A DNA stretch of 39,433 bases from a virus. Lineage: Duplodnaviria; Heunggongvirae; Uroviricota; Caudoviricetes. The notes under the pieces are model-generated. The model worked only from the letters and a program-made list of their open reading frames with translations. It was not told where the DNA came from and did not search any database. Of this stretch, positions 1-8,271 are shown piece after piece; positions within the stretch are counted from its first letter, which is position 1; every line of letters begins with the position of its first letter. The DNA lies in IMG/VR virus record IMGVR_UViG_3300032030_000013; one strand, written 5' to 3'. A program made the position numbers and the translations under genes.

Positions 1-82
1 GAGATAATACCGACATCCTAAATAAATCAAATTGTTCTTGGTTATCTTCTAATAGATATACAATATTTAGTTTATCAAACAT
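1..82 (-). CDS. N-terminus of GT8-family glycosyltransferase paralog (runs off window edge)
   Basis: ATG at 82 gives MFDKLNIVYLLEDNQEQFDLFRMSVLS, which aligns with MKQFNIAYTIDDNDEQLEMLRMSIETL of 1015..1800. Confidence 0.75.
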   Translation of the reverse strand, partial: MFDKLNIVYLLEDNQEQFDLFRMSVLS

Positions 83-114
83 TCAAATTAACAATATAAT
101 TGACGATACACTTG

Positions 115-354
115 CTAAGTATGGGTTAAGATTGCTTACTGTTTAATAAATTCTAATTAAAGAAAATATCCCATGCAGACGTACCACCGTCACCTACGGT
201 ATTCCTGTACACGACCTTCGCGTGCTTAAGCCTTGGGCATCTCTGATATCGGAGTTTTATAGCCTGTACCCCAGTTTTCTCTTTCACAGTGTTCTCAAAG
301 TACTAACCGTAAAAGCCAATTTCCAGTACTTAACTTTATAAGTCTCATACTTAG
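115..354 (-). ncRNA. unknown ~240-nt structured RNA
   Basis: Closed by CTAAGTATG/CATACTTAG, GC-richer than coding DNA, no long ORF, internal hairpins (e.g. ACCGT AGGTG ACGGT). Confidence 0.45.
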
Positions 355-368
355 TAGTTTGTTTCGTG

Positions 369-442
369 TGGACCGTAAGGGACTCGAACCCTTCCTAAGA
401 GCTTGCAAAGCTCCCGTGCTAGCCAACTATCACTAACAGCCC
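369..442 (-). tRNA. tRNA-Ala(TGC)
   Basis: Cloverleaf, loop TT-TGC-AA, G3:U70. Confidence 0.95.
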
Positions 443-510
443 AAATAAGGTAGTTTTTATATCCTTAAATTAAATGGTTAGTATCTAGGGAACTACCAAA
501 CCCATTAAAC

Positions 511-647
511 AAGTTTATAAAGAACTTTCAATAAAAGTACATAGAGTAGGATTCGAACCTACGATCTTCGGTTACAACCCGACGTTTTACCACTAAACTA
601 CCCTTTCATGGCGAAAGAAGTAACTCTTATTTACACTATTAAAACTT
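511..647 (-). ncRNA. Y-RNA-like module enclosing a tRNA-like D/anticodon(TGT)/T domain via its acceptor ends
   Basis: GTGTAAATAAGAGTTACTTC pairs with ACTTTTATT; inside are GTTT-AGTGGTA-AAAC, TCGG-GTTGTAA-CCGA and GTAGG-TTCGAAT-CCTAC. Confidence 0.7.
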
Positions 648-650
648 TTG

Positions 651-733
651 AGCCGGAAGTCAGATTCGAACTGACGTGTCCTTACGGATCATGATTACAA
701 GTCAAGCGGAGTCGACCACTGTCCCATTCCGGC
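651..733 (-). tRNA. tRNA-Thr(TGT) with long variable arm
   Basis: GCCGGAA/TTCCGGC, CT-TGT-AA, extra arm TCC-GTAA-GGA. Confidence 0.85.
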
Positions 734-735
734 AA

Positions 736-831
736 ATATTTTATGTAACAGGCGAAGAAAGTTGGTTTTGGTAAAAAATGATCTTATTAAATTATTTCTT
801 GAAGTAACTCTCCTCTACAACAATAAAATAT
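736..831 (-). ncRNA. stand-alone Y-RNA-like module
   Basis: ATATTTTAT/ATAAAATAT terminal stem, GTTGTAG, GAGGAGAGT/ACTTTCTTC stem, TTACTTC. Confidence 0.75.
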
Positions 832-917
832 CAATTTTAAGATTCTATGCATATTTCCGGTTAGCTATTCCGGTCGGGTGGTCTGCCTCCACGTGATCTA
901 TTTAGAATCTTATTTAG

Positions 918-988
918 TTGCGGACGTCAGATTCGAACTGCGTCTTAAGGTTATGAGCCTTATGAGCTACCATTGCTCCACCTCCGCG
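918..988 (-). tRNA. tRNA-Met(CAT), initiator-like
   Basis: C1:A72 mismatch, CT-CAT-AA; compact T arm. Confidence 0.8.
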
Positions 989-1014
989 ATATTTATTTTA
1001 TATATTAATAATAG

Positions 1015-1800
1015 TTATTTAGCCATAATTATTTTATAAGTAGGAATAAAATTTTCTTTATTTTTACCATTACAATGAAATATTTTGATTGATTTAATTT
1101 GTCTTTCAAAAATTTCCGGATAATCTATAAATGAATGGATATTTATATTATTTTCTATTTTAATAGTACATTTATCTTTAAATTTATTAAAAAGATAATT
1201 ATATCCAGATTGATTTACAAATTTAATATCTTTTGAATTTTCTTTATAATATTTCAAAATGACATCAAATAAATTCATATCATTAAATTGTTTGGCATCA
1301 ATAAACAATATTCCAGCATTTAAATCTTTAACATTTAAATATCTTCTTTTTCTAAAATTTTCAGCAGATATAAGTTGAACAATTCTTTTATACCATTTTC
1401 TATTAAAACCGAAAAATAATTTTCCTTCTTGATATTTTAAAAATTCATCTCTAATATTAGCATTAAAAAGAATATCTGTATCTATATACCAAAAATAATC
1501 ATAAGGAATTATTTTTGTAATCCACCATCTAGCTAATGAAGGATATCTTAAATGCCCATTACAAGCATTTTTTAATTGAGGAAAATATTTATCAACTAAT
1601 GATATATCAAAATTAAAATATTCAATATTAACATCTAAATTAGATAATTTTTGTCTAATTTTATTTTCATCAACATAAAAATACATAATGAAAATATTAT
1701 CTACTTTATTAAATTTCAAAAGTGTTTCAATAGACATTCTGAGCATTTCTAATTGCTCATCATTATCATCAATAGTATAGGCAATATTAAATTGTTTCAA
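1015..1800 (-). CDS. glycosyltransferase family 8
   Basis: GT8 motifs: NIAY..DD, YIDTD (DxD), LNAGILFID, NQ..N, IFHCNG. Confidence 0.88.
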   Translation of the reverse strand: MKQFNIAYTIDDNDEQLEMLRMSIETLLKFNKVDNIFIMYFYVDENKIRQKLSNLDVNIEYFNFDISLVDKYFPQLKNACNGHLRYPSLARWWITKIIPYDYFWYIDTDILFNANIRDEFLKYQEGKLFFGFNRKWYKRIVQLISAENFRKRRYLNVKDLNAGILFIDAKQFNDMNLFDVILKYYKENSKDIKFVNQSGYNYLFNKFKDKCTIKIENNINIHSFIDYPEIFERQIKSIKIFHCNGKNKENFIPTYKIIMAK

Positions 1801-1820
1801 TTTGATTGGAAATATTTTTG

Positions 1821-1893
1821 CGGGACGTACGGGAGTTGAACCCGCTCCGTGCTGCGTGACAGGCAGACATCTTAACCGTTTGACCTACATCCC
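1821..1893 (-). tRNA. tRNA-Asp(GTC)
   Basis: Cloverleaf, CT-GTC-AC, G73. Confidence 0.92.
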
Positions 1894-1899
1894 AAATTG

Positions 1900-2040
1900 C
1901 TACCTCTGAGGGACTCGAACCCCCGACCCACGGGTTAACAGCCAAATAATGAAGTAACTCTAACCTACAACATCCAAAGGAGTAACAGCGACTAAAGTAT
2001 AAAAACATTTACGTTGCTCTACCAACTGAGCTAAGAGGTA
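1900..2040 (-). tRNA. tRNA-Asn(GTT) carrying a 68-nt Y-module insertion (1944..2011) in the anticodon stem
   Basis: Removing 1944..2011 gives a perfect ACGGG-CTGTTAA-CCCGT arm; insert contains ACTTTAG...TTAGAGTTACTTC. Confidence 0.8.
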
Positions 2041-2046
2041 GTTTTG

Positions 2047-2293
2047 TAGCGGCCATGGGAGTCGAACCCAATATTTGTGGGGTAATCTTCCCACCGTGGT
2101 TATTTCAAAAACAAGTAACTTAGTTCCTCACTTTATCCCGGGCTTGCTTGACCTTTAACCTTGTTTATTTCATGATGCTGTTAATTACTAATTTTAAGAT
2201 TGCTTACCCGTCGATAAGTAAAGCCTTAATCTAAGTCTTAACATAGCCTGCCGGCACATCAATTTAGAAATTTATCCGTTCCACTCGGACGCT
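2047..2293 (-). ncRNA. ~247-nt RNA closed by tRNA-like acceptor stem and T arm
   Basis: AGCGTCC/GGCCGCT-A (6 of 7 pairs), TGGG-TTCGACT-CCCA, large internal domain. Confidence 0.55.
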
Positions 2294-2305
2294 GAAAAGT
2301 TATTG

Positions 2306-2375
2306 TTGGAGCCAAGGATTCGAACCTTACCACGGACGCGCCATCACGTGTGCTTGCCATTTACACCAAACTCCG
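2306..2375 (-). tRNA. degenerate tRNA-Pro-like RNA
   Basis: D and T arms present; anticodon arm ACGTG-ATGG-CGCGT has a 4-nt loop. Confidence 0.5.
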
Positions 2376-2393
2376 ATTCTTGCAAGAATATTG

Positions 2394-2464
2394 CGCCTCT
2401 GGAGGGAATCGAACCCACACCTACTGATTAACAGTCAGCTGCTCGACCTTCGAGCTACAGAGGC
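2394..2464 (-). tRNA. tRNA-Asn(GTT)
   Basis: Cloverleaf, CT-GTT-AA. Confidence 0.93.
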
Positions 2465-2523
2465 ATTAAAGCAGATTTTATTATAAGCTGGTAACGTCTG
2501 CAAACCTTACTTATAACCTTTCG

Positions 2524-2600
2524 TGGGGACGACGGGGGTTGAACCCGCATGCAACCAATTACCCTTTCGACACTTTATAAGAGTGAGGGGTTACGTCCCT
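2524..2600 (-). tRNA. rewired tRNA-like RNA, anticodon TAT (Ile)
   Basis: Order: acceptor - ACCC - CACT/CTTATAA/AGTG - GGGT - AATTGG - T arm - acceptor. Confidence 0.75.
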
Positions 2601-2759
2601 AAATTATGGAGACAACCTGATAAATTCTCCATAGAATTGGTTAAGAGTCGTTCGGCTTTGGTTGATAGTCTAGTTAATTTACCGGCTTACTAATCCTCCC
2701 AATTCATTTTAACTATCATTCTACTTACGTCAGTTCGTGTCCCTATTACGGGCTCGGAG

Positions 2760-2833
<74 letters not shown>

Positions 2834-2844
2834 ATATTATTTTG

Positions 2845-2919
2845 CAGGTCCTGAAAGATTCGAACTCTCATCGTGCAGGTTTGGAGTCTGCTGTTTTGCT
2901 CTTTTTAAACTAAGGACCC
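2845..2919 (-). tRNA. tRNA-Trp(CCA)
   Basis: CT-CCA-AA, G73; D loop lacks GG. Confidence 0.88.
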
Positions 2920-3069
2920 ATATTATATTGTTATTAACAACTGTGGGTGTCCTAAATACCTGGAACCTTTGGCTACGGCCCGCATGCGGAGTCGAGTTGA
3001 CTTTTAGAACCATTGTTAATATTCAAAGTGATATTCCTACTTTATACCCACTTTCCTTTTACAATATTG

Positions 3070-3142
3070 TACGCCCACTGGGACTCGAACCCAGGACCCA
3101 CGGATTAAAAGCCCGTTGCTCTACCAACTGAGCTATGAGCGC
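3070..3142 (-). tRNA. tRNA-Lys(TTT)
   Basis: Cloverleaf, CT-TTT-AA. Confidence 0.95.
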
Positions 3143-3256
3143 AAATCTCATTTATCTATTGACTCCCATATCGGAATTTTACCGAAATGAAAACGCTGCA
3201 TCGTAAGGAGCGGGATTTTACCCCTAAGATAAACTCGATTAATTATTGTAACCTTG

Positions 3257-3337
3257 TGCCCTCTGTGGGACTCGAACCCACACCTCCGAAGAGCTAGATC
3301 CTTAGTCTAGTGCGTATACCAATTCCGCCAAAAGGGC
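3257..3337 (-). tRNA. tRNA-Leu(AAG)
   Basis: CTAGA-CTAAGGA-TCTAG, class II arm, A73. Confidence 0.92.
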
Positions 3338-3345
3338 ATATTGTG

Positions 3346-3419
3346 TACCTCCGGTGGGATTCGAACCCACGCTCCTATGCTTAAGAGGCATCAGCTTTAA
3401 CCAGCTAAGCTACAGAGGC
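3346..3419 (-). tRNA. tRNA-Lys(CTT)
   Basis: Cloverleaf, CT-CTT-AA. Confidence 0.94.
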
Positions 3420-3634
3420 ATTTAAAAGCTTCGGTTTTAACTTTGTTATCTTTTTGTATAGGATCATCAATCTATCTTTTCACCAGAGTAATTAGCTCAG
3501 GGTCCCGATTACGGACTTCTACCGTTTATCATATTCAATAACTAAGACTTGTAGATAGGCGAAGCATTTCGAACTACTTCATTGCCAACCGTAGCTATAA
3601 ATTTCTCTACAAGTTTTTGCATGGCATGCAATTG

Positions 3635-3707
3635 TGGGGCCACCCAGATTCGAACTGGGGTGACGACCTTGTAAGGGTCGCATACTCAACCACTATATGA
3701 TGTCCCC
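3635..3707 (-). tRNA. tRNA-Val(TAC)
   Basis: CGACC-CTTACAA-GGTCG. Confidence 0.93.
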
Positions 3708-3876
3708 ATTTATAATCTAATCTACACAGCTGACCCATTTCAGTAACGTCTTACATATCAGCTCCTACTGGTCACGACTGAACGTCTTCTTCTGCGAGAA
3801 GGTTTCTCACCTCCATTTTTTTGACCTGCCTCTTCCCCTTCAGAATTTTTAGATTCTGACCTCGATTAGATTATTG

Positions 3877-4064
3877 AACTCACGGGAGGATTCGAACCTC
3901 CATAATATTGTCTATAATATTTAATTTACTAAATAGCAAAAATGTTATTTTCTTAACACGTTAAACAAATTGCTAATAATTATGATTATATTTCTCTATT
4001 ATTTATATAATCATTCGCCTCTATTATAGGTTGTACTGCTGATACCATTCAGCAACCGTGAGTT
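3877..4064 (-). ncRNA. tRNA-like RNA with ~130-nt domain replacing the anticodon arm
   Basis: AACTCACG/CGTGAGTT, D arm GCTG-AATGGTAT-CAGC, T arm GGAGG-TTCGAAT-CCTCC. Confidence 0.7.
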
Positions 4065-4199
4065 AACTAATATATATTTCCTTGTTTTTTGTCCATTACG
4101 TTATACTCGGAGTAAAAAACTAAATATATAAAATTACAAAACCACTTAGAATATAACGGTATATTTGTTGCTAAGGTAATATACAAAACCTCAATTAAG

Positions 4200-4272
4200 T
4201 GCTCCCACCCGGATTCGAACCGAGACCTGACAGATTAAGAGTCTGCTACGCTACCATTAACGCCATGAGAGC
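4200..4272 (-). tRNA. tRNA-Lys(CTT)
   Basis: Cloverleaf, CT-CTT-AA. Confidence 0.94.
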
Positions 4273-4286
4273 AAACTTTCAAATTG

Positions 4287-4359
4287 TGCATCCACTGGGA
4301 TTCGAACCCAGACCTGACAGATTAAAAGTCTGCTACGCTACCATTAACGCCATGAATGC
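4287..4359 (-). tRNA. tRNA-Lys(TTT)
   Basis: Cloverleaf, CT-TTT-AA; D and anticodon arms match 4200..4272. Confidence 0.94.
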
Positions 4360-4365
4360 AATTAG

Positions 4366-4439
4366 TACCTGCACTGGGATTCGAACCCAGGACCCCGAGA
4401 TTAAAAGTCACGTACTCTAACCAACTGAGCTATACAGGC
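4366..4439 (-). tRNA. tRNA-Lys(TTT)
   Basis: Cloverleaf, CT-TTT-AA. Confidence 0.93.
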
Positions 4440-4448
4440 ATATACCTG

Positions 4449-4522
4449 TACTCCCTCTGGGACTCGAACCCAGGCCCCTCTGCTTAAAAGGCAGCAGCTC
4501 TAACCAACTGAGCTAAGAGAGC
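4449..4522 (-). tRNA. tRNA-Lys(TTT)
   Basis: Cloverleaf, CT-TTT-AA. Confidence 0.94.
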
Positions 4523-4678
4523 ATGTTTATAAATTCAAATTTTAACAATTATTTTGATTTTACGTGCATGCTTCTTATTAGTTAATTGTTAGGACTAATT
4601 GCTCTAAGGAAACATACACAACTAACGTTTTCGTTTAAGTTGTTTCATATTTCTTATAATTTATTTAGTTAATGTTTG

Positions 4679-4760
4679 TGGGGCCTGAGAGACTCGAACT
4701 CCCCGTGCGCGATGCAGCTGATTTACAGTCAGCCCCGATGCCATCTCCGGTCACGACCCC
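4679..4760 (-). tRNA. tRNA-Tyr(GTA)
   Basis: GCTGA-CTGTAAA-TCAGC, long variable arm. Confidence 0.9.
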
Positions 4761-4991
4761 AAAATGTGGAATTAAACCGGAATTCCACAACCGGCTAAAC
4801 TTATTTTTGGACCTTTCCATTGGATTAGTTTAGATTCAACCATAGATAAATCAAGAATAGATTTATCTCCCTACTATAATGGGGTAGGTAAATTCCCAAT
4901 GATTAGTTTATTCATCACGAACTAACTAATCCATATCATCTCCATTCTTCCATAAAAAATTATATAACGCTCTTCCATACGTTATACAATG

Positions 4992-5065
4992 TGGGCCAGG
5001 CAGGAATTGAACCCGCGACCTTTTGATTATGAGTCAACTGCTCTAACCATCTGAGCTACAGGCCC
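4992..5065 (-). tRNA. tRNA-Ile2/Met(CAT)
   Basis: CT-CAT-AA; GGGCC start typical of lysidine-type Ile2. Confidence 0.9.
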
Positions 5066-5070
5066 ATTAG

Positions 5071-5156
5071 TACCTGGAGCGGGACTTGAACCCGCACGCC
5101 CATTGCTGGACATCAGATTTTAAGTCTGAGGCGTCTACCAATTCCGCCATCCAGGC
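5071..5156 (-). tRNA. tRNA-Leu(TAA)
   Basis: CT-TAA-AA, class II arm. Confidence 0.95.
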
Positions 5157-5170
5157 ATCATTTATTGTAC

Positions 5171-5186
5171 CAATATGTCAAAGAAC
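5171..5186 (-). promoter_or_regulatory. boxA-like antitermination element
   Basis: GTTCTTTGACATATTG; recurs at 8145, 8898 and 17339 downstream of promoters. Confidence 0.7.
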
Positions 5187-5220
5187 GTATTGTTGTTTTA
5201 TTTATAATAATTACAAATAT

Positions 5221-5248
5221 AAAATAGTAATAAATATTATTATTTCAA
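5221..5248 (-). promoter_or_regulatory. putative promoter
   Basis: TTGAAA-N16-TATTTT. Confidence 0.65.
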
Positions 5249-5278
5249 TTATATTTATGTAAAAATTATTTCATTTTG

Positions 5279-5358
5279 TACCCCGAGTGGGATTCGAACC
5301 CACACCCAATTAAGGACGAATTTTAAGTCCGCTGCGTAGACCATTCCGCCATCGGGGC
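5279..5358 (-). tRNA. tRNA-Leu(TAA)
   Basis: CT-TAA-AA, class II arm. Confidence 0.94.
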
Positions 5359-5521
5359 ATTTAAGTTGAAATCCTCATGAGCAAGATAGTTATTAGGTAC
5401 GCAGTGTGCATCTGCGCATTGGAACATTTTCAAGTTGTTAACTAACCATCATTTTATGTGCTTTAATTAAGTTTACCAACTATCTAATTTCAACTTATAT
5501 TTTATAATTTTTTGATTTAAG

Positions 5522-5628
5522 AAGATATTTTAGTTGGATTCGAACCAACGCGAAAGGCTTGGAAGTTTCCTCATGTCTGACAAATACGTGGCCTTTGTAT
5601 TCGTATCCACTGCATCATAAAATATCTT
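5522..5628 (-). ncRNA. tRNA-like RNA with extended acceptor stem and ~30-nt anticodon loop
   Basis: AAGATATTTTA/TAAAATATCTT, AAAGGC/GCCTTT, GTTGG-TTCGAAT-CCAAC. Confidence 0.6.
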
Positions 5629-5704
5629 TGGCGGTCCCAACGGGATTCGAACCCGTACCTCCGACGTGACAGGCCGGCGATTGTAGCCATTCAACCATGA
5701 GACC
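5629..5704 (-). tRNA. tRNA-Asp(GTC), encoded CCA
   Basis: CT-GTC-AC, ends GCCA. Confidence 0.93.
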
Positions 5705-5824
5705 AGTGTCTGTTTACTTCAAAGTTACCTACCCGATATATACGTATAGTCCTAATATAAATTAGGGTGGCTAAGCCCTTCATCGGTTACCTACCTTCAG
5801 GGGTGAAACAGAAAAGACCCAATG

Positions 5825-5920
5825 TGCCAGTGGTAGGACTCGAACCTACTTACCACGAAGGCCAATACGAACTATTTGTTGACGTGGGACGGTTTTACAG
5901 ACCGCTGCCGTTACACTGGC
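5825..5920 (-). tRNA. rewired tRNA-like RNA, anticodon GTA (Tyr)
   Basis: GCCAGTG/CACTGGC-A; no D arm before GCGGT-CTGTAAA-ACCGT; GCC..TGGTAA follows the anticodon arm. Confidence 0.65.
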
Positions 5921-6122
5921 AAATTAAATGCATTTACCCACCTAGCCATCCACGATACGGTTCGTTGTGCTATCCTACGGCCTCGGTAATATGGCGAATT
6001 TGCAACTTCTCATATAACTGTACCACCATCGCTCTTCTTCACTTCTTTTCACCGTAACCCGTAGATGTAACCCTACTACTCAGAAGTCCATCGATTTGCT
6101 CCGACCTGATAAATACATTTAG

Positions 6123-6199
6123 CGGTCCCTACGGGATTCGAACCCGTCTGGTTGTACTCCGTGACAGGGAGACGTCCACCCCAAGCAGACCCAGAGACC
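6123..6199 (-). tRNA. tRNA-Asp(GTC)
   Basis: CT-GTC-AC, G73. Confidence 0.9.
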
Positions 6200-6345
6200 A
6201 ATATTCAATTTCACAGATAATTGAGAACTGTATTGGCGGTAGAGAGTTCAGCACCGGTCTGGGATTTAAATCAACCAGCCGTTTGGGATATGCTCAGGTA
6301 TCTACCTTTCCCTGACCTTGAGCTCCCAGGATTTTTACAGTCGTT

Positions 6346-6415
6346 GCTATTATCAAGGATTCGAACCTTTCCGCCGGCTGACAAGCCGGAATGCTACCGT
6401 TACACCAAATAATAA
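6346..6415 (-). tRNA. degenerate tRNA-Asp-like RNA
   Basis: CCGGC-TTGTCA-GCCGG with 6-nt loop; AT-rich acceptor; D and T arms intact. Confidence 0.5.
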
Positions 6416-6518
6416 ATGATATCTGCAACCTATCATGATTTGTTAATCCTCAACATTTACTCTACATTTCCATGTTGCAGCAGAAAGTTTTCAATGCATA
6501 TCGAATTAGCCATGTTCG

Positions 6519-6593
6519 CGGGAGCAGAGGGATTCGAACCCACAACCATTGGCTTAACAGGCCACCGCTCTAACCGTTAAAAGCTATACTCCC
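6519..6593 (-). tRNA. tRNA-Asn(GTT)
   Basis: CT-GTT-AA. Confidence 0.93.
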
Positions 6594-6801
6594 AATTATA
6601 AAAATCAATTCTACACAAGTTTCATTAGGGACACTTATTAGAAACTTCATCCTTTGACATAATCACCTCCCAAGCTTTTTGTCACAACCTTTGTTATTGT
6701 TCCATCTTACTCTCATATTGTCTTTCGACCTCTTTACAGTTATTGCAAATGTTCTGTAAAGTTTTAGGATTTCTTCAATAACCCATCCTGAAATTGATTT
6801 G

Positions 6802-6876
6802 CGGGAGCAGAGGGATTCGAACCCACAACCATCGGCTTAACAGGCCGCCGCTCTAACCGTTAAAAGCTATACTCCC
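6802..6876 (-). tRNA. tRNA-Asn(GTT)
   Basis: Near-identical to 6519..6593 with one compensatory pair change. Confidence 0.93.
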
Positions 6877-6998
6877 AAATTATATTAAGTAAGGATCAAA
6901 TTTCATTACTTATCTTCCATTGTCCGCATCGACGGAAACTACTCTTTAAGTATAGAAGTTGTTCAATAGCACTCGCCTCGACGATTTACTTAATATTG

Positions 6999-7070
6999 CG
7001 CTCCCAGAAGGATTCGAACCTACGACCAATAGATTAACAGTCTACTGCTCTACCGCTGAGCTATGAGAGC
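6999..7070 (-). tRNA. tRNA-Asn(GTT)
   Basis: CT-GTT-AA. Confidence 0.94.
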
Positions 7071-7139
7071 TGGAACCCGGAACATTATTTAACGAGATGA
7101 ACACCGGGTGGATATCTCGATAGTCATTCAACCAACTTG

Positions 7140-7213
7140 TGGAGAATGAGGGACTTGAACCCTGAACTCCTCCTTGCAAGGGAGGTGTGTTAGCCAATTA
7201 CACCACAAACCCC
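7140..7213 (-). tRNA. tRNA-Ala(TGC)
   Basis: CCTCC-CTTGCAA-GGAGG, G3:U70; acceptor partly mismatched. Confidence 0.88.
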
Positions 7214-7282
7214 GTACTCCAGTTTAGCCATTCCTTTTAAATTTTGCGAACCAAAGCAATCAAAACTGGAAAATGAAGCATG

Positions 7283-7356
7283 AGCTCCGTACCGGACTCG
7301 AACCGATAACATCCGCATTACAAGTGCGGCGCTCTACCAATTGAAGCTAACAGAGC
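7283..7356 (-). tRNA. tRNA-Thr(TGT)
   Basis: CCGCA-CTTGTAA-TGCGG. Confidence 0.94.
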
Positions 7357-7649
7357 AAATTACTTATCATCCGGATTGTTAACCAGGGTTTCTACACCAA
7401 ATGCGTTTCAAAGACGTTTAGATGGGAGCGTTCTATACATATTAAACTATAGATAAGTAAAAGTAAAGATGTAGTAGGATCACCTATTCCTACCTTCTGT
7501 CAATACTCATTCAAACTTCCGGATAAGGAAAGCAGTCATGACCGGTATTTGGCTGTATTCCTTGAACTTTTTAGTCTTGGTGAGGATGTTTATTCCATGT
7601 CCTTCAAAGTTTAGAGCAATGCGACTGTGGACATCTACATCTTTGTTTG

Positions 7650-7793
7650 AGAGTCATTAGAGAATTGAACTCTAAAGGTGAACAATTTCGTCGACAGCAC
7701 CACCTGTTTCCGAGTACTTTCGCCGGCAGACCATATTCTGTACAAACGGTTGGTAGCCTCCAGACCTCCAACTGCCGCTTATCTGTTTGACCC
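7650..7793 (-). ncRNA. ~144-nt RNA closed by tRNA-like acceptor stem and T arm
   Basis: GGGTCA/TGACTC, TAGAG-TTCAATT-CTCTA, internal multi-hairpin domain. Confidence 0.55.
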
Positions 7794-7942
7794 ATGTTAA
7801 AAATGGCTTCATTGAAAATATTATTCCGTATCGGTTAATACTTATTTCAATCTACTCCTACAGTATTTTCTCAGCCAAAATTATGAATGTTATTCCAACT
7901 TATTAAGTAGTCTTCCAACTTACATCGAAGGCATTCATATTG

Positions 7943-8014
7943 AGGTCCCAATGAGATTCGAACTCATACCACCGGATTACTAAACCGGAGTTCTACCATT
8001 ATAACTATAAGACC
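7943..8014 (-). tRNA. tRNA-Thr(AGT)
   Basis: CCGGT-TTAGTAA-TCCGG, U73. Confidence 0.85.
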
Positions 8015-8144
8015 AGATTGATAAGGAAATTCTGTTTGCATTACTACATATATTTACTGAACTATACCGTTAAGGTGCTTGGCATCTCATTGGCAGGGGT
8101 TTTTCACCACTCCTCTTCCATATCAGTTTCTATGTTTGTTGTAT

Positions 8145-8160
8145 CAATATGTCAAAGAAC
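8145..8160 (-). promoter_or_regulatory. boxA-like element
   Basis: GTTCTTTGACATATTG. Confidence 0.7.
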
Positions 8161-8201
8161 TCAAATGTAATTCGAAGTTTTTGTTTTCGTTTTACATATA
8201 T

Positions 8202-8229
8202 AATATAGAAATAAATTTCAAAATTTCAA
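8202..8229 (-). promoter_or_regulatory. putative promoter
   Basis: TTGAAA-N16-TATATT. Confidence 0.7.
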
Positions 8230-8271
8230 ATATAATTCAAAAAATTTTATTTTATTTCTAAATTATTTTTG

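Noticed and set aside
115-354. RNase P RNA
   Set aside because: The conserved GAGGAAAGUCC and ACAGAA..CGGCUUA P4 elements are absent
1944-2011. Group I/II or archaeal BHB intron
   Set aside because: Too short, no catalytic core sequences, no evident BHB, and the same module occurs free-standing elsewhere
2047-2293. Canonical tmRNA
   Set aside because: No G3:U70 Ala identity, no GGGG start and no recognisable tag ORF; kept only as an unknown tRNA-closed RNA
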